A stretch of 64,000 bases of DNA from Candidatus Binatus sp. GTDB lineage: Bacteria; Desulfobacterota; Binatia; Binatales; Binataceae. The stretch lies in contig NZ_JBAUYR010000057.1 in NCBI RefSeq assembly GCF_049584895.1, positions 27,908-91,907 of the forward strand. Reading direction: 5' to 3'. Positions 55,498 through 64,000 of this stretch are shown here, piece by piece (within the stretch, counting starts at the first letter, position 1; each line of letters opens with the position of its first letter). The position numbers were made by a program, and so were the translations under genes. The notes under the pieces were generated by a model. It saw only the letters and a list, made by a program, of their open reading frames with translations. It was not told the DNA's origin and did no database searches.

Positions 55498-56838
55498 CTA
55501 CTGGAGCAGGGAATTTCCCGACGGCTCGATGCGCGCGGTGACGCCGCCGGTTTCGATCGCGCTCGCGTTCCAGATTGCGGGCGCTAGAGTTTCGAAATAG
55601 TCAGCGCCATCGCCGATTACCACCAGCACCGCGTTCGAGCGCGCATCGATGCGATGCGGCGTGGAATCGCCGAGCAGACGATCGAGCAGAGTCTCGTAGA
55701 CGACGGCGAAATGGCTGGCAGTCTGCGCGTCGCTGAACGCGAGCATCCAGATCACGTTTACGGCGTGGCCCTCCTGCAGAATGATCATGCGATCGGCAAT
55801 CCATCGCGAGGCGAGGCCGAGCTCGTTCGACTGCTTGCCGAGATTACGCTCGAGGATGACGCGCAGGAACAACTCGCCGTAAGTATCGTCGTCAGCTTTT
55901 TTCCATCCGCTCATGATGCGGTCGTAGCCCGCGAGCTCGATTCGAGGCGCCGGCGCGTTGCTGTCGAAGTAGAGCGACGGATGCAGAATCTGGTGACTGG
56001 ACTGCGGCGGATTGCGGTAGAGCGCGTCCACCGCAGACCATCCGCCGCGCCGATAGGCTTCGGCCACGAAACGGACGCCTTCGGAATACTGGAAGAGAAG
56101 CGGAGCGCTGAGACCTTCGGGAGTGTGGGGCGCCTCGGCTGCCAGAGCCTGCGGCAGCTGTTTGAGATTATTTGTAAGCGCGTCCGCCGTGCTGTCATCC
56201 ATGCGGCCCATCGCATAGGCGAAGCCCGCGATGGTCGCGTCGCCCTCGGCCACGCACTTGAGCGCGAGGCCCCGATCATCGTCGTTCTTAACCTTGTCGA
56301 GACTCGTTTCGAGATCAAAATTTTGATCCTGCAGCGCATGCGTCAGTTCATGCGCAAGCAGCATCTCGCCGACGACGTCGCGCTGAATCACAAACTGAGC
56401 AGCGCTGTTCCAGATACCGAGATCGTCGCCGCCTTCGACGAGCACCATTTCCTTGCCATGCGGATCGTAAAAGCCGGCAACCTGGCTCTTGAGCAACTTG
56501 AGCGAGGCGGCCTTGAGATCGAGCCCGGCAGGAAAGAGACCGGTGAGGGCTCCGGCCACCGCGTCGGCCTCGAGCTGGTTGTCGGTGTAGTCGCGCATCA
56601 GGTCCGCTTCCATCATAGATTCGGCTTCGTCAGGCGTTTTCACGACGAGCGGAACCGGCCGCTTGAATCGAAGCTGGCGAATATCCTGGATGCCTGACTC
56701 GATTTTTGCTGCTTGCTGCGAATTGACGCGGTCGCCGTTGACCAGTGAGTAGGAGCATCCGCGCAGAAGAATCAGAGCGGCGACAGCGCAGATTGGCCAC
56801 CAGAGCCGTCGTGCGGAACAAATGCCTCGGCTCGTCAT
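55498..56838 (-). CDS. lipoprotein with HExxH zinc-metallopeptidase motif
   Basis: It has the lipobox LLRGCS and the motif LLAHELTHALQDQNF. I do not recognise a family. Confidence 0.65.
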   Translation of the reverse strand: MTSRGICSARRLWWPICAVAALILLRGCSYSLVNGDRVNSQQAAKIESGIQDIRQLRFKRPVPLVVKTPDEAESMMEADLMRDYTDNQLEADAVAGALTGLFPAGLDLKAASLKLLKSQVAGFYDPHGKEMVLVEGGDDLGIWNSAAQFVIQRDVVGEMLLAHELTHALQDQNFDLETSLDKVKNDDDRGLALKCVAEGDATIAGFAYAMGRMDDSTADALTNNLKQLPQALAAEAPHTPEGLSAPLLFQYSEGVRFVAEAYRRGGWSAVDALYRNPPQSSHQILHPSLYFDSNAPAPRIELAGYDRIMSGWKKADDDTYGELFLRVILERNLGKQSNELGLASRWIADRMIILQEGHAVNVIWMLAFSDAQTASHFAVVYETLLDRLLGDSTPHRIDARSNAVLVVIGDGADYFETLAPAIWNASAIETGGVTARIEPSGNSLLQ

Positions 56839-57512
56839 TCGGTGATAATTACGGCGGGGAATCCAAATCTGGCCGTGTCGGACGCGCGCGCCTCGGCGGC
56901 AGAGCGGGTCGCAAACGCGCCCATACGTACACGGTAATAGCGACGATGGTCGGCATCAAGCTGATCGATGTGCACGTCGGGGTAGTACGCGGCCAGCTTA
57001 TTTCGCAGCTGCTCGGCGTTCTGTTGCTCGGAAAATGAACCGGCCTGGACGACGTAGCGCAACGGCGCGCCGACGTCGCGAGTCCCGGCGGGCTTGCTGA
57101 TGAGTGAGATGCGCACGCGCGCAGTGCCCGGATCTAGCATCCCGATCACGCGCGCAGCCTTGTGCGAAAGATCGATCTTGCGGCCCTTCATGAACGGGCC
57201 GCGGTCGGTGATGGTCACTTCGACGGAACGGCCGTTGTCGAGATTCGTGACCATCACACGGCTGCCCAGGGGGAAATCGATCGACGCCGCCGTGAGATCT
57301 TCTTGATCGTAATACGCGCCGGCCGAGGTTTTGTGACCGTGGAAACCCGGCCCGTACCACGACGCCATGCCGACTACCTGCGGCGCCGGCTGAGGTGCTG
57401 CAATTGTGGAAATTGCCGGCGGGAGTTGCGCCTGTCGGGTCGTGGCGCATGCGGCGAAGAGAGCGCTCATCGCAATCGCCGAGAATACTTGCGGAATCCG
57501 AATTTCAAACAC
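56835..57512 (-). CDS. rlpA: septal-ring lytic transglycosylase RlpA-family protein with C-terminal SPOR domain
   Basis: The DPBB core is ASWYGPGFHGHKTSAGAYYD...VTNLDNGRSVEVTITDRGPF. The SPOR-like tail is YVVQAGSFSEQQNAEQL...YYRVRMGAF. Confidence 0.88.
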   Translation of the reverse strand: MFEIRIPQVFSAIAMSALFAACATTRQAQLPPAISTIAAPQPAPQVVGMASWYGPGFHGHKTSAGAYYDQEDLTAASIDFPLGSRVMVTNLDNGRSVEVTITDRGPFMKGRKIDLSHKAARVIGMLDPGTARVRISLISKPAGTRDVGAPLRYVVQAGSFSEQQNAEQLRNKLAAYYPDVHIDQLDADHRRYYRVRMGAFATRSAAEARASDTARFGFPAVIITE

Positions 57513-57659
57513 GTCGACTATGCCATCTCAATTATAGAGAGCACGGCGTCGCCGCATAGAGCCGCAACTGTTCACCGACCTCGAGCGGAGTGCTTCGGGA
57601 GCGGTCTGCCGCGTGGTAGCATCTCCGGTGTTGAACGCAACCGCTGGATAAGGGCCGCG

Positions 57660-58820
57660 ATGCTGCGGACGAGGCAGGAGCTGGAGGAAATCGAGGCGCG
57701 CGCGCTGGCGCCATATGCGATGGCGTCGCGGGCCAGTCGCGGACGCCGATTTCCCGAACCCGAACATCCGATGCGCACCATGTTTGCGCGCGATCGCGAT
57801 CGCGTCATTCATTCGGCAGCGTTTCGGCGCCTCGAATACAAGACTCAGGTTTTCGTAAATCACGAGGGCGATTATTACCGCACGCGCCTGACGCATACGC
57901 TCGAGGCCGCGCAAATCGCGCGCACCGTGGCGCGGGCGCTCGGCCTCAATGAGGAACTCGCGGAGGCAGTCGCGCTCGCGCATGACCTGGGGCATACGCC
58001 GTTCGGCCACGCCGGCGAAAAGGTGCTCAACGAGCTGATGACGCCGCACGGCGGCTTCGATCATAACGCGCAGAGCCTGCGCACTGTCGATTGGATCGAG
58101 ATTCGCTACCCGAATTTTCGCGGGCTCAATCTGAGCTTCGAGGTGCGCGAGGGAATCGTCAAGCATTCGCATTTCCAGCAACGTCCAGCCGCGCAGGAAT
58201 TCGACGCGAGCACGTATCCATGCCTGGAAGCGCAAATCGTCGATCTGGCGGATGAGATTGCGTACCTGGCCCACGACGTCGACGACGGCTTGAAGGCGCA
58301 GATGCTTAGCGTCGAGGAGCTCAACGCTTCCGCGCTTTTCAGAGAGTCCGCGGCGGCGGCGCGCGATGCGTCTCCGTCGGCCGAGATGCGCGTTCTTCGC
58401 TACCAGACCGTCATCAGGATGATCGACGCGATGTCGACCGACCTGATGAGCAATCTCGCGGATGAGCTGGAGCGCCACAAAATCCGCAGCGTCGAGGACG
58501 TGCGCAAAGCGGGCAGGGTGCTCACGTCGTTTGGCTCCGCGATGGGCGTGAAGGTCGACGAGATCAAGAATGTGATGCGCGATCGGCTGTATCGGCACTA
58601 CCGCGTCAGCCGGATGACCGAAAAAGCGGGCAGGGTGCTCGCGGCCTTGTTCGAAACGTACATGACCGAGCCGCGCCAGATGCCGGAGCATGTGGTGGCG
58701 CGCGCGGAGCGATACGGTGAGCCGATTTCGCGGGCGGTCGCGGATTATATCGCAGGCATGACCGACCGTTTCGCACTCGACGAGTATCGCAAACTCTTCG
58801 ATCCCAATGAGCGCGTCTGA
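57660..58820 (+). CDS. dGTP triphosphohydrolase-like HD-domain protein
   Basis: FARDRDRVIHSAAFRRLEYKTQVF, YRTRLTHTLEAAQIAR, AHDLGHTPFGH and DYIAGMTDRFAL. The real start is the ATG at 57660. Confidence 0.88.
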   Translation: MLRTRQELEEIEARALAPYAMASRASRGRRFPEPEHPMRTMFARDRDRVIHSAAFRRLEYKTQVFVNHEGDYYRTRLTHTLEAAQIARTVARALGLNEELAEAVALAHDLGHTPFGHAGEKVLNELMTPHGGFDHNAQSLRTVDWIEIRYPNFRGLNLSFEVREGIVKHSHFQQRPAAQEFDASTYPCLEAQIVDLADEIAYLAHDVDDGLKAQMLSVEELNASALFRESAAAARDASPSAEMRVLRYQTVIRMIDAMSTDLMSNLADELERHKIRSVEDVRKAGRVLTSFGSAMGVKVDEIKNVMRDRLYRHYRVSRMTEKAGRVLAALFETYMTEPRQMPEHVVARAERYGEPISRAVADYIAGMTDRFALDEYRKLFDPNERV

Positions 58821-59454
58821 CAAGCAGGCGCCACCGAGAACCACGCGGTCGCGCGCGCGGCGAACGATTGTGATCCGGCGCGTCGATCACGTCGGCGATC
58901 CGGTCGGGCTCGCGTTTCTCGAGTCGCCGGAAACCAACGGCGATGCGGTGCTCGATCGCGTCCGCGAATATCTCGGCCCGAAACTGAAGCTGGTCAAGGC
59001 CGAAGTCTCGCACGACGAAATAACGGTGGAAATTGAATTCCGCGGGTGGCCCGAGGAGGGCACGCGGATGGCCTCGGCCGCGCGTGACTTATATGAAAAG
59101 GGCGCGAGGCGGTCGGCGCTGTCGATGTATCGTGACGCGCTCGACCTTGACCCGCTGAACGCGGAGGCGATGTTGCGACTCGGCCTGGCTCTTGCAGAGC
59201 AGGAAAAATTCGCGGACGCGCTCACAGCGCTTAAGCATGCCCGGGAGTTCGGTGCCGCCGGCGTCGAGCTGCTGGTCGTGATGGGTCAATGCGCTACTGG
59301 CTTGGAACGGAGCGCCACGGCGATCGCGTACTATGAAGAAGCATTGAAGCTCGAGCCGCGAAATTTCATCGCGCGCAGCGCATTGCGCGCACTCGGCCAC
59401 AAACCGGCGACACCTCGCAAACAATCAGGCGCTGTACGGAGCCGTCGCGATTAG
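58807..59454 (+). CDS. TPR-repeat protein
   Basis: The C-terminal half has TPR-like units (ALSMYRDALDLDPLNAEAMLRLGLALAEQEKFADAL; AIAYYEEALKLEPRNFIA). It overlaps the upstream gene by 14 nt. Confidence 0.6.
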   Translation: MSASDKQAPPRTTRSRARRTIVIRRVDHVGDPVGLAFLESPETNGDAVLDRVREYLGPKLKLVKAEVSHDEITVEIEFRGWPEEGTRMASAARDLYEKGARRSALSMYRDALDLDPLNAEAMLRLGLALAEQEKFADALTALKHAREFGAAGVELLVVMGQCATGLERSATAIAYYEEALKLEPRNFIARSALRALGHKPATPRKQSGAVRSRRD

Positions 59455-59628
59455 CTAGAACTGTGCGGAATTATTGGTCGTCGGTATCCGTCTCTATCTA
59501 CGTCGAACACAATTACTCTTGAACTGGGGAGCGTTGAAGCATCAATGATTTCAGGCCTTTTTCGGTTTCTAACCATTATTCGTAGTTTACATAATAGTTC
59601 TTATGCGAAGCTATGTTGCCGCAAGAAG

Positions 59629-60558
59629 ATGGCGCGGGTTGGCGCATTTCTTCTCCTTGGCGCGATGATCTTGCTGGGATCGCGTGGCGTGCTGCTCGCG
59701 CAGGAAGCTGGCGGAGTCTCCCCTCTCGCCGCTCCGATCGCCACCGATCCGGCCAAAGACGCGGCATTGAAGACCTACCTGCAGAAACACTTCAAGATTC
59801 CCAGTCCCGATCTGATCAAGCTCGGTCCCGCTTTCAGGACGCCGATCGAAGGACTGTTCGCGCGCCAGCTGATCGTCAGCAATGAACAGGGACAGAACGT
59901 TTCGACCAGCCTGTTCTTCGACAAAAATGAGACCAAAGCGATCATCGGGCAATACATCGACACGAGCATGGAGCCGTGGGGACGGACCAATATGGGCGGC
60001 GTGACCTTGGACGATCGGCCGACGCAAGGACCGGTGAACGCTCCGGTGACAATCGTTGAGTTCGCCGATTTCGAATGCCCGTTCTGCGCGCATGCGTTCA
60101 GTGTGATCGAGACGCTTGTGAACACGACCTACAAGGGCAAGGTGAAGGTGATTTTTAAAGCCTATCCGCTGAATGTGCATCCGTGGGCGATGAAAGCCGC
60201 GGAGGCGGCCGAGTGCGCGCGGATGCAGAACCCGGCGGCGTTCTGGGACTTCGCGCGCTACTTCTACACCAACCAGGGATCGATCAACGCGAAGAATATT
60301 CAGGACAACGTCGACAAGCTGGCGAAGTCGCAGAAGCTCGACGCGCCTTCACTGAAGGCATGCATGGACAGCCCGCAGACCGAAGCTCGCATCAAGCAGG
60401 ATCAGGCCGACGGTAACTCGATTCACGTTTCGTCGACGCCGACCTTCTTCGTCAACGGAATTCCGGTGGTGGGATTGCCGGACGGGAAAATCCTGGACTT
60501 CGTGATCGAGTCGGAGCTCTCGGGGAAATCGCCGTCGTCGTCCGCGACGAATGAATAA
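59629..60558 (+). CDS. DsbA-family thiol:disulfide oxidoreductase with N-terminal extra domain
   Basis: It has a signal peptide from the ATG at 59629, the active site FADFECPFCAHAF, and the motif SSTPTFFVNG. Confidence 0.85.
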   Translation: MARVGAFLLLGAMILLGSRGVLLAQEAGGVSPLAAPIATDPAKDAALKTYLQKHFKIPSPDLIKLGPAFRTPIEGLFARQLIVSNEQGQNVSTSLFFDKNETKAIIGQYIDTSMEPWGRTNMGGVTLDDRPTQGPVNAPVTIVEFADFECPFCAHAFSVIETLVNTTYKGKVKVIFKAYPLNVHPWAMKAAEAAECARMQNPAAFWDFARYFYTNQGSINAKNIQDNVDKLAKSQKLDAPSLKACMDSPQTEARIKQDQADGNSIHVSSTPTFFVNGIPVVGLPDGKILDFVIESELSGKSPSSSATNE

Positions 60559-60571
60559 GAGCTAGCCGCGA

Positions 60572-60596
60572 GCCGGCGCCCTCCCCTGACGCCGGC
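60572..60596. terminator. hairpin between convergent genes
   Basis: GCCGGCG-CCCTCCCCTGA-CGCCGGC. It has no U-tract, so this is a positional inference. Confidence 0.45.
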
Positions 60597-60610
60597 GATT
60601 CCCTGAATGC

Positions 60611-61414
60611 TCAGCCGCTTTGACGTCCAGGGGTGCATGAATGCGCGAACACCGGTGGCTCCTCTTCGGGTTGCGCCCGGAGCCCTTTCTGCAACAGGCG
60701 AAGCGCCGTCGCTGGATCGTCGGCAAAGCTGAATAGTTTGAGATCCTCGGGACTGATCGTGCCGTGCCGCACCAGCGCGTCGAAGTTGATGATCTCCTTC
60801 CAGTATTGCGAGCCGTAGAGAAGCACCGTGATCGGTCGATCCAGTTTTTGCGTTTGCTGCAGTGTCAGTATCTCCATCATTTCGTCGAGCGTGCCGAAGC
60901 CTCCGGGAAAAACCACCAGCGCCCGCGCGAGGTGCGCGAACCACAACTTGCGCATGAAAAAATAGTGAAACTCAAAAGATAGACCGCGCGTGATGAACGG
61001 ATTGGGCCGCTGCTCGTGCGGCAATCCGATGTTCAGGCCTATCGTCCGTCCGCCCGCTTCGGACGCGCCGCGATTGGCCGCCTCCATGATGCCGGGGCCG
61101 CCTCCCGAGCAGACTACGTACCGATGAACCTTGGAGTGAAGGTTCTTTGACCAGATCGTAATCTGTCGCGCCAGCTCGCGCGCGTCCTGGTAATAGCGTC
61201 CGAGCGGACCCTCCGGAGTAATTCTCGCAGAGCCGAAAAATACGATTGTCTCGTGTACCTGCTCGCGGCAGAAAATCCGAAGCGGCTGCAGATATTCCGC
61301 AAGGATCCGCATCGGACGGGCTTCATCGCTATCGAGAAATTTCTCGTCTTTGTAAGCGAGCGGAGGACTGGTCGGGGGCGGACTGACCGGTGAATCCGAT
61401 TTGCGGGCCTTCAT
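60611..61414 (-). CDS. LOG-family (TIGR00730) nucleotide N-glycosidase-like protein
   Basis: VVCSGGGPGIMEAANRGA and VVFPGGFGTLDEMMEILT. Confidence 0.88.
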   Translation of the reverse strand: MKARKSDSPVSPPPTSPPLAYKDEKFLDSDEARPMRILAEYLQPLRIFCREQVHETIVFFGSARITPEGPLGRYYQDARELARQITIWSKNLHSKVHRYVVCSGGGPGIMEAANRGASEAGGRTIGLNIGLPHEQRPNPFITRGLSFEFHYFFMRKLWFAHLARALVVFPGGFGTLDEMMEILTLQQTQKLDRPITVLLYGSQYWKEIINFDALVRHGTISPEDLKLFSFADDPATALRLLQKGLRAQPEEEPPVFAHSCTPGRQSG

Positions 61415-62919
61415 GATTTTCGGATCCCCGCGAAATCAACGAAGCCGCGCTCGACGTCGGTGTCGACCAGCTCGACGGTGACATGGTCTCCCACATCGAA
61501 GCCCTCGTATCCTCGCATCACTCTTCCTTCCGCCGCCGGATGGTCTATTCGCACCCAGGTCCCTTTCGGCGAAGCTCCGGTGACAATCCCGTCGAACCGC
61601 TCGCCAACGCGCGACTCGAGCAACAGCGCAGCCGCCGACTTCCGCACTTGCCGCTCCACCTTGCTCGCGTTGTCCTCCTGGTCCGTGCAGTGTCCGGCCA
61701 AATCGTTAAGCTCGTCGGAGCTGTACGGACTCGGCATCCCGGAGAGCGCTGCCTTCAACAGTCGCTGCGTGATCAGGTCGGGAAAACGCCGGTTAGGCGC
61801 GGTCGAATGGGTGTAATCGTTGACCGCAAGTCCAAAGTGTCCGGCCACTGGCTGGCCGGGAAAGTCGACCACATATTCGCCGCGCCCCAGCAGCTTGACC
61901 ACCGAAAGTGACAGGTCTGGAAAGTGCACCGGGTCCGCCTGTCGTCGCTCTTCGAGGAACTGCTGCAGCGCGGTGGAATCGGGATTCGGTGGAAGACGTC
62001 CGCCTTCATCTTTTGCCAGATCCACAATTCTCGCCCAGCGCTCGGGCGAGCGCAGAACCCGGCGCAGGGCTGGAAAACCCCTCCGCTCGAGGTATCGCGC
62101 CGTCACCCCGTTGGCCCCAATCATGAAATCTTCGATTAACTGGGTAGCGCGATTCTTCTGGTCGGCTTGCAGATCGGTCAGCGAATCGCCGTCGAACACC
62201 GGCCGCGCCTCAATCGTCTCGAGCGTCAGCGCGCCATTCTGATGCCGCCGCTTTTTCATCGCCTGCGCGACACGATCTTGTAAGCGGAGATTCTGGTCAA
62301 GGCCAGGAACCCCGGAGATCGGCGCCGGCTCGGGCCCTGCCCCATCCAGCCACGCCGCGACACTGTTGTAAGCGAGCTTCGCGCGATTCGTCACGGTAGC
62401 GCGGTAGATATCCGACTTCCCAACGTCGCCGTCGGCGCTGACCTCAAACTCGATCACGATCGCCAGGCGGTCCTTGCGATCCGCCAGCGACGTCAGATCG
62501 GTCGAGAGCTTCTCCGGCAGCATCGGGAAAATTTCTGCCGCCGTATAAACCGAGGTAGTGTTGGTCCGCGCGTGATCGTCGATCGCGGATTGCTTTCCAA
62601 CGATCGCATCGACATCCGCGATCGCGACAAGAATCTTTACCGCGCCGTCAGGCAGCTGCTCGGCGACCGTAAGCTGATCGAGGTCGAGTGAGTCGTCGTT
62701 ATCGATCGAGGCCCACAGCAGGCTCCGAAGGTCTCGCAGCGAGGCATCCGTCGTGGCGGCCGGCTTCGTGATAGCTCCGATCTCTTCCGTGACCTCGGCG
62801 GAAAAATCGGGCAACAGTCCTCGCTCAAGCATCGCACGTCGCGCGATGCTTTGTAGCTGGTTTCTACAGGGCGCACTGGCTTGATTCATCGGCGCATCAT
62901 AGCCCACCGCGCGCCCCAA
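61411..62919 (-). CDS. RNB-domain exoribonuclease (RNase II/R family) with C-terminal S1-like domain
   Basis: SIDNDDSLDLDQ, HFGLAVNDYTHSTAPNRRFPDLITQR and the tail FDGIVTGASPKGTWVRI. Confidence 0.88.
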   Translation of the reverse strand: MGRAVGYDAPMNQASAPCRNQLQSIARRAMLERGLLPDFSAEVTEEIGAITKPAATTDASLRDLRSLLWASIDNDDSLDLDQLTVAEQLPDGAVKILVAIADVDAIVGKQSAIDDHARTNTTSVYTAAEIFPMLPEKLSTDLTSLADRKDRLAIVIEFEVSADGDVGKSDIYRATVTNRAKLAYNSVAAWLDGAGPEPAPISGVPGLDQNLRLQDRVAQAMKKRRHQNGALTLETIEARPVFDGDSLTDLQADQKNRATQLIEDFMIGANGVTARYLERRGFPALRRVLRSPERWARIVDLAKDEGGRLPPNPDSTALQQFLEERRQADPVHFPDLSLSVVKLLGRGEYVVDFPGQPVAGHFGLAVNDYTHSTAPNRRFPDLITQRLLKAALSGMPSPYSSDELNDLAGHCTDQEDNASKVERQVRKSAAALLLESRVGERFDGIVTGASPKGTWVRIDHPAAEGRVMRGYEGFDVGDHVTVELVDTDVERGFVDFAGIRKS

Positions 62920-62960
62920 AAGTCAAAATTGAGATCCGGACTATAGACAGAAATCTTTCG

Positions 62961-63953
62961 TCAGGGACTACTCTGATAAGTGAAAGCGAGCACGCGATAG
63001 TTTGCGGTGTCGGCGATATAGACATCGCCGCCGGGATCGACGGTAACACCAATCGGCTGACAAAGAGTGGTGGCATCCGCGATAGTTGTATAGACCCCGC
63101 CGCCGCAGACGGAAGAAGTGAAGCTGCCTTGCTGGCCGTACACGACGTCGGCGGTGGTATCGCCAGGACTGCCTGGTGTTCCCGGGGTTCCGCCACCTGC
63201 GGCAGTGGGATTCAGGTATTCCAATACGCGATTATAATCGACGGCATACAAGTTATTTTGCGAGTCGACCGAAAGTTGTTCGGGCGTGCATAGTTGGTCG
63301 GCGGTCGTGCCGCAATTGTTCAGAGTAAAGCTGCCACCGGCATCGAACGCGCGATCCGCGGTAACGTCGCCGGCGCTGCCCGGGACTCCGGGGGTACCAG
63401 GCGTCATCGCGAGAGGATTGTCATACTCGAGGAGCCGGCCGTTGCCGGAATCGGATACGTAAACATTTCCGTTTGTGTCGACCGCGACTCCATCCGGGTA
63501 ACATAGGCTGTCCGCGCTCGGCATCGGATTGGTGGGATCGAAGAGGTTGCATAGTTTCGAGTTGAATTGGGCACCGCTTGGACCTTGTCCAATGACCAAC
63601 TGCGCATTGAGCGGAATAATCTGCGTACCCGGTGGCTGTCTGGTTTTAGAAGGGGTGCTTAAACCCTCGACCAGCACGACTCGGGAATTGGAATAATCGG
63701 TTATCCACAGGTTGCCGCCATGGTCTAGCGCAATCTGTTCGGGTTGGCAGAGAGTATGGGCGCTTGGCTTGCGGCAATCGGACGAAGCAGCTTTGCCATC
63801 GACTATATACGCCGGGGGCGCACCGACGCAGGGGAACTTTCCCGCGCACGCGTCAAAAGGATTTGCGAAGCTCATCACGCGGTTGTTGTCGGTATCCGCG
63901 ACGAACAAGTTTCCTGCGTCGTCAGCAGAGAGTCCTTGGGGCGAGCACATCAA
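62961..63953 (-). CDS. NHL-repeat beta-propeller protein, possibly 5-prime truncated by the window edge
   Basis: It has repeats such as GNLFVADTDNNRVMSF, GNLWITDYSNSRVVLV, GNVYVSDSGNGRLLEY and GDVYIADTANYRVLAF. The frame stays open upstream to position 63998. Confidence 0.7.
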   Translation of the reverse strand: MMCSPQGLSADDAGNLFVADTDNNRVMSFANPFDACAGKFPCVGAPPAYIVDGKAASSDCRKPSAHTLCQPEQIALDHGGNLWITDYSNSRVVLVEGLSTPSKTRQPPGTQIIPLNAQLVIGQGPSGAQFNSKLCNLFDPTNPMPSADSLCYPDGVAVDTNGNVYVSDSGNGRLLEYDNPLAMTPGTPGVPGSAGDVTADRAFDAGGSFTLNNCGTTADQLCTPEQLSVDSQNNLYAVDYNRVLEYLNPTAAGGGTPGTPGSPGDTTADVVYGQQGSFTSSVCGGGVYTTIADATTLCQPIGVTVDPGGDVYIADTANYRVLAFTYQSSP

Positions 63954-64000
63954 CGGCGAACTCCGGTTTGGTTTCTTAGGATGTGCTCTTTCGACGCAAT

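Noticed and set aside
57660-58820. dGTPase-like gene as a possible anti-phage nucleotide-depletion defence
   Set aside because: It is embedded in conserved housekeeping context (rlpA, dsbA-like, recG). It has host-like composition, and no neighbouring defence or mobility genes are present. It looks like the common Dgt-like type found in many bacteria.
57528-58844. 438-aa minus-strand ORF
   Set aside because: It is antisense to the dGTPase-like HD-domain gene and has no motifs.

Overview
This 64-kb window is from a high-GC chromosome, about 63% GC on the coding lines I hand-counted. The organism looks diderm, because it carries Mla, RlpA/SPOR, LepB and lipobox proteins. I cannot place it taxonomically. 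Almost all of the window is tightly packed housekeeping DNA. The content, in order:
- a partial crotonase gene
- an XRE regulator next to a 470-bp low-GC ORF-free gap
- an mlaEFD-lipoprotein operon
- a co-directional nadA / NrtR-like / PCYCGC / DedA / histidine kinase / sigma-54 response regulator block
- two acyl-CoA dehydrogenases
- a TCA supercluster: icd, then mdh-sdhCAB-[orphan]-sucCD-ndk
- rlmN, MTA phosphorylase, and a PfkB / GT2 / ugd / epimerase group
- lepA-lepB
- an MFS transporter
- a complete pyrR-pyrB*-pyrC-carA-carB operon with a recognisable attenuator
- recG, an HExxH lipoprotein, rlpA, a dGTPase-like gene, a TPR protein, a DsbA-like protein, a LOG protein and an RNase II-family protein

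One accessory-looking stretch (16.6-23.4 kb) encodes secreted Kelch and NHL propellers, an ArsR-SRPBCC pair, TauD, DUF1801 and a Met/His-rich secreted protein. I saw no rRNA, tRNA, CRISPR array, integrase or transposase.

The most interesting items are:
1. A single 662-aa ORF joins an ATCase catalytic chain, only the zinc domain of PyrI, and a second PyrR-like phosphoribosyltransferase domain. It sits directly behind a canonical pyrR.
2. A low-GC orphan gene with a DUF6308-like, HhH-like signature is wedged between sdhB and sucC.
3. Several small dispersed hairpin repeat families are present. One supplies the last five codons, the stop codon and a terminator hairpin to two unrelated genes.
4. 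A 153-bp MITE-like element has 12/13-nt terminal inverted repeats.

Many long ORFs in the supplied track are antisense shadows typical of high-GC DNA and were not called. All domain calls come from reading motifs by eye; no database search was run.
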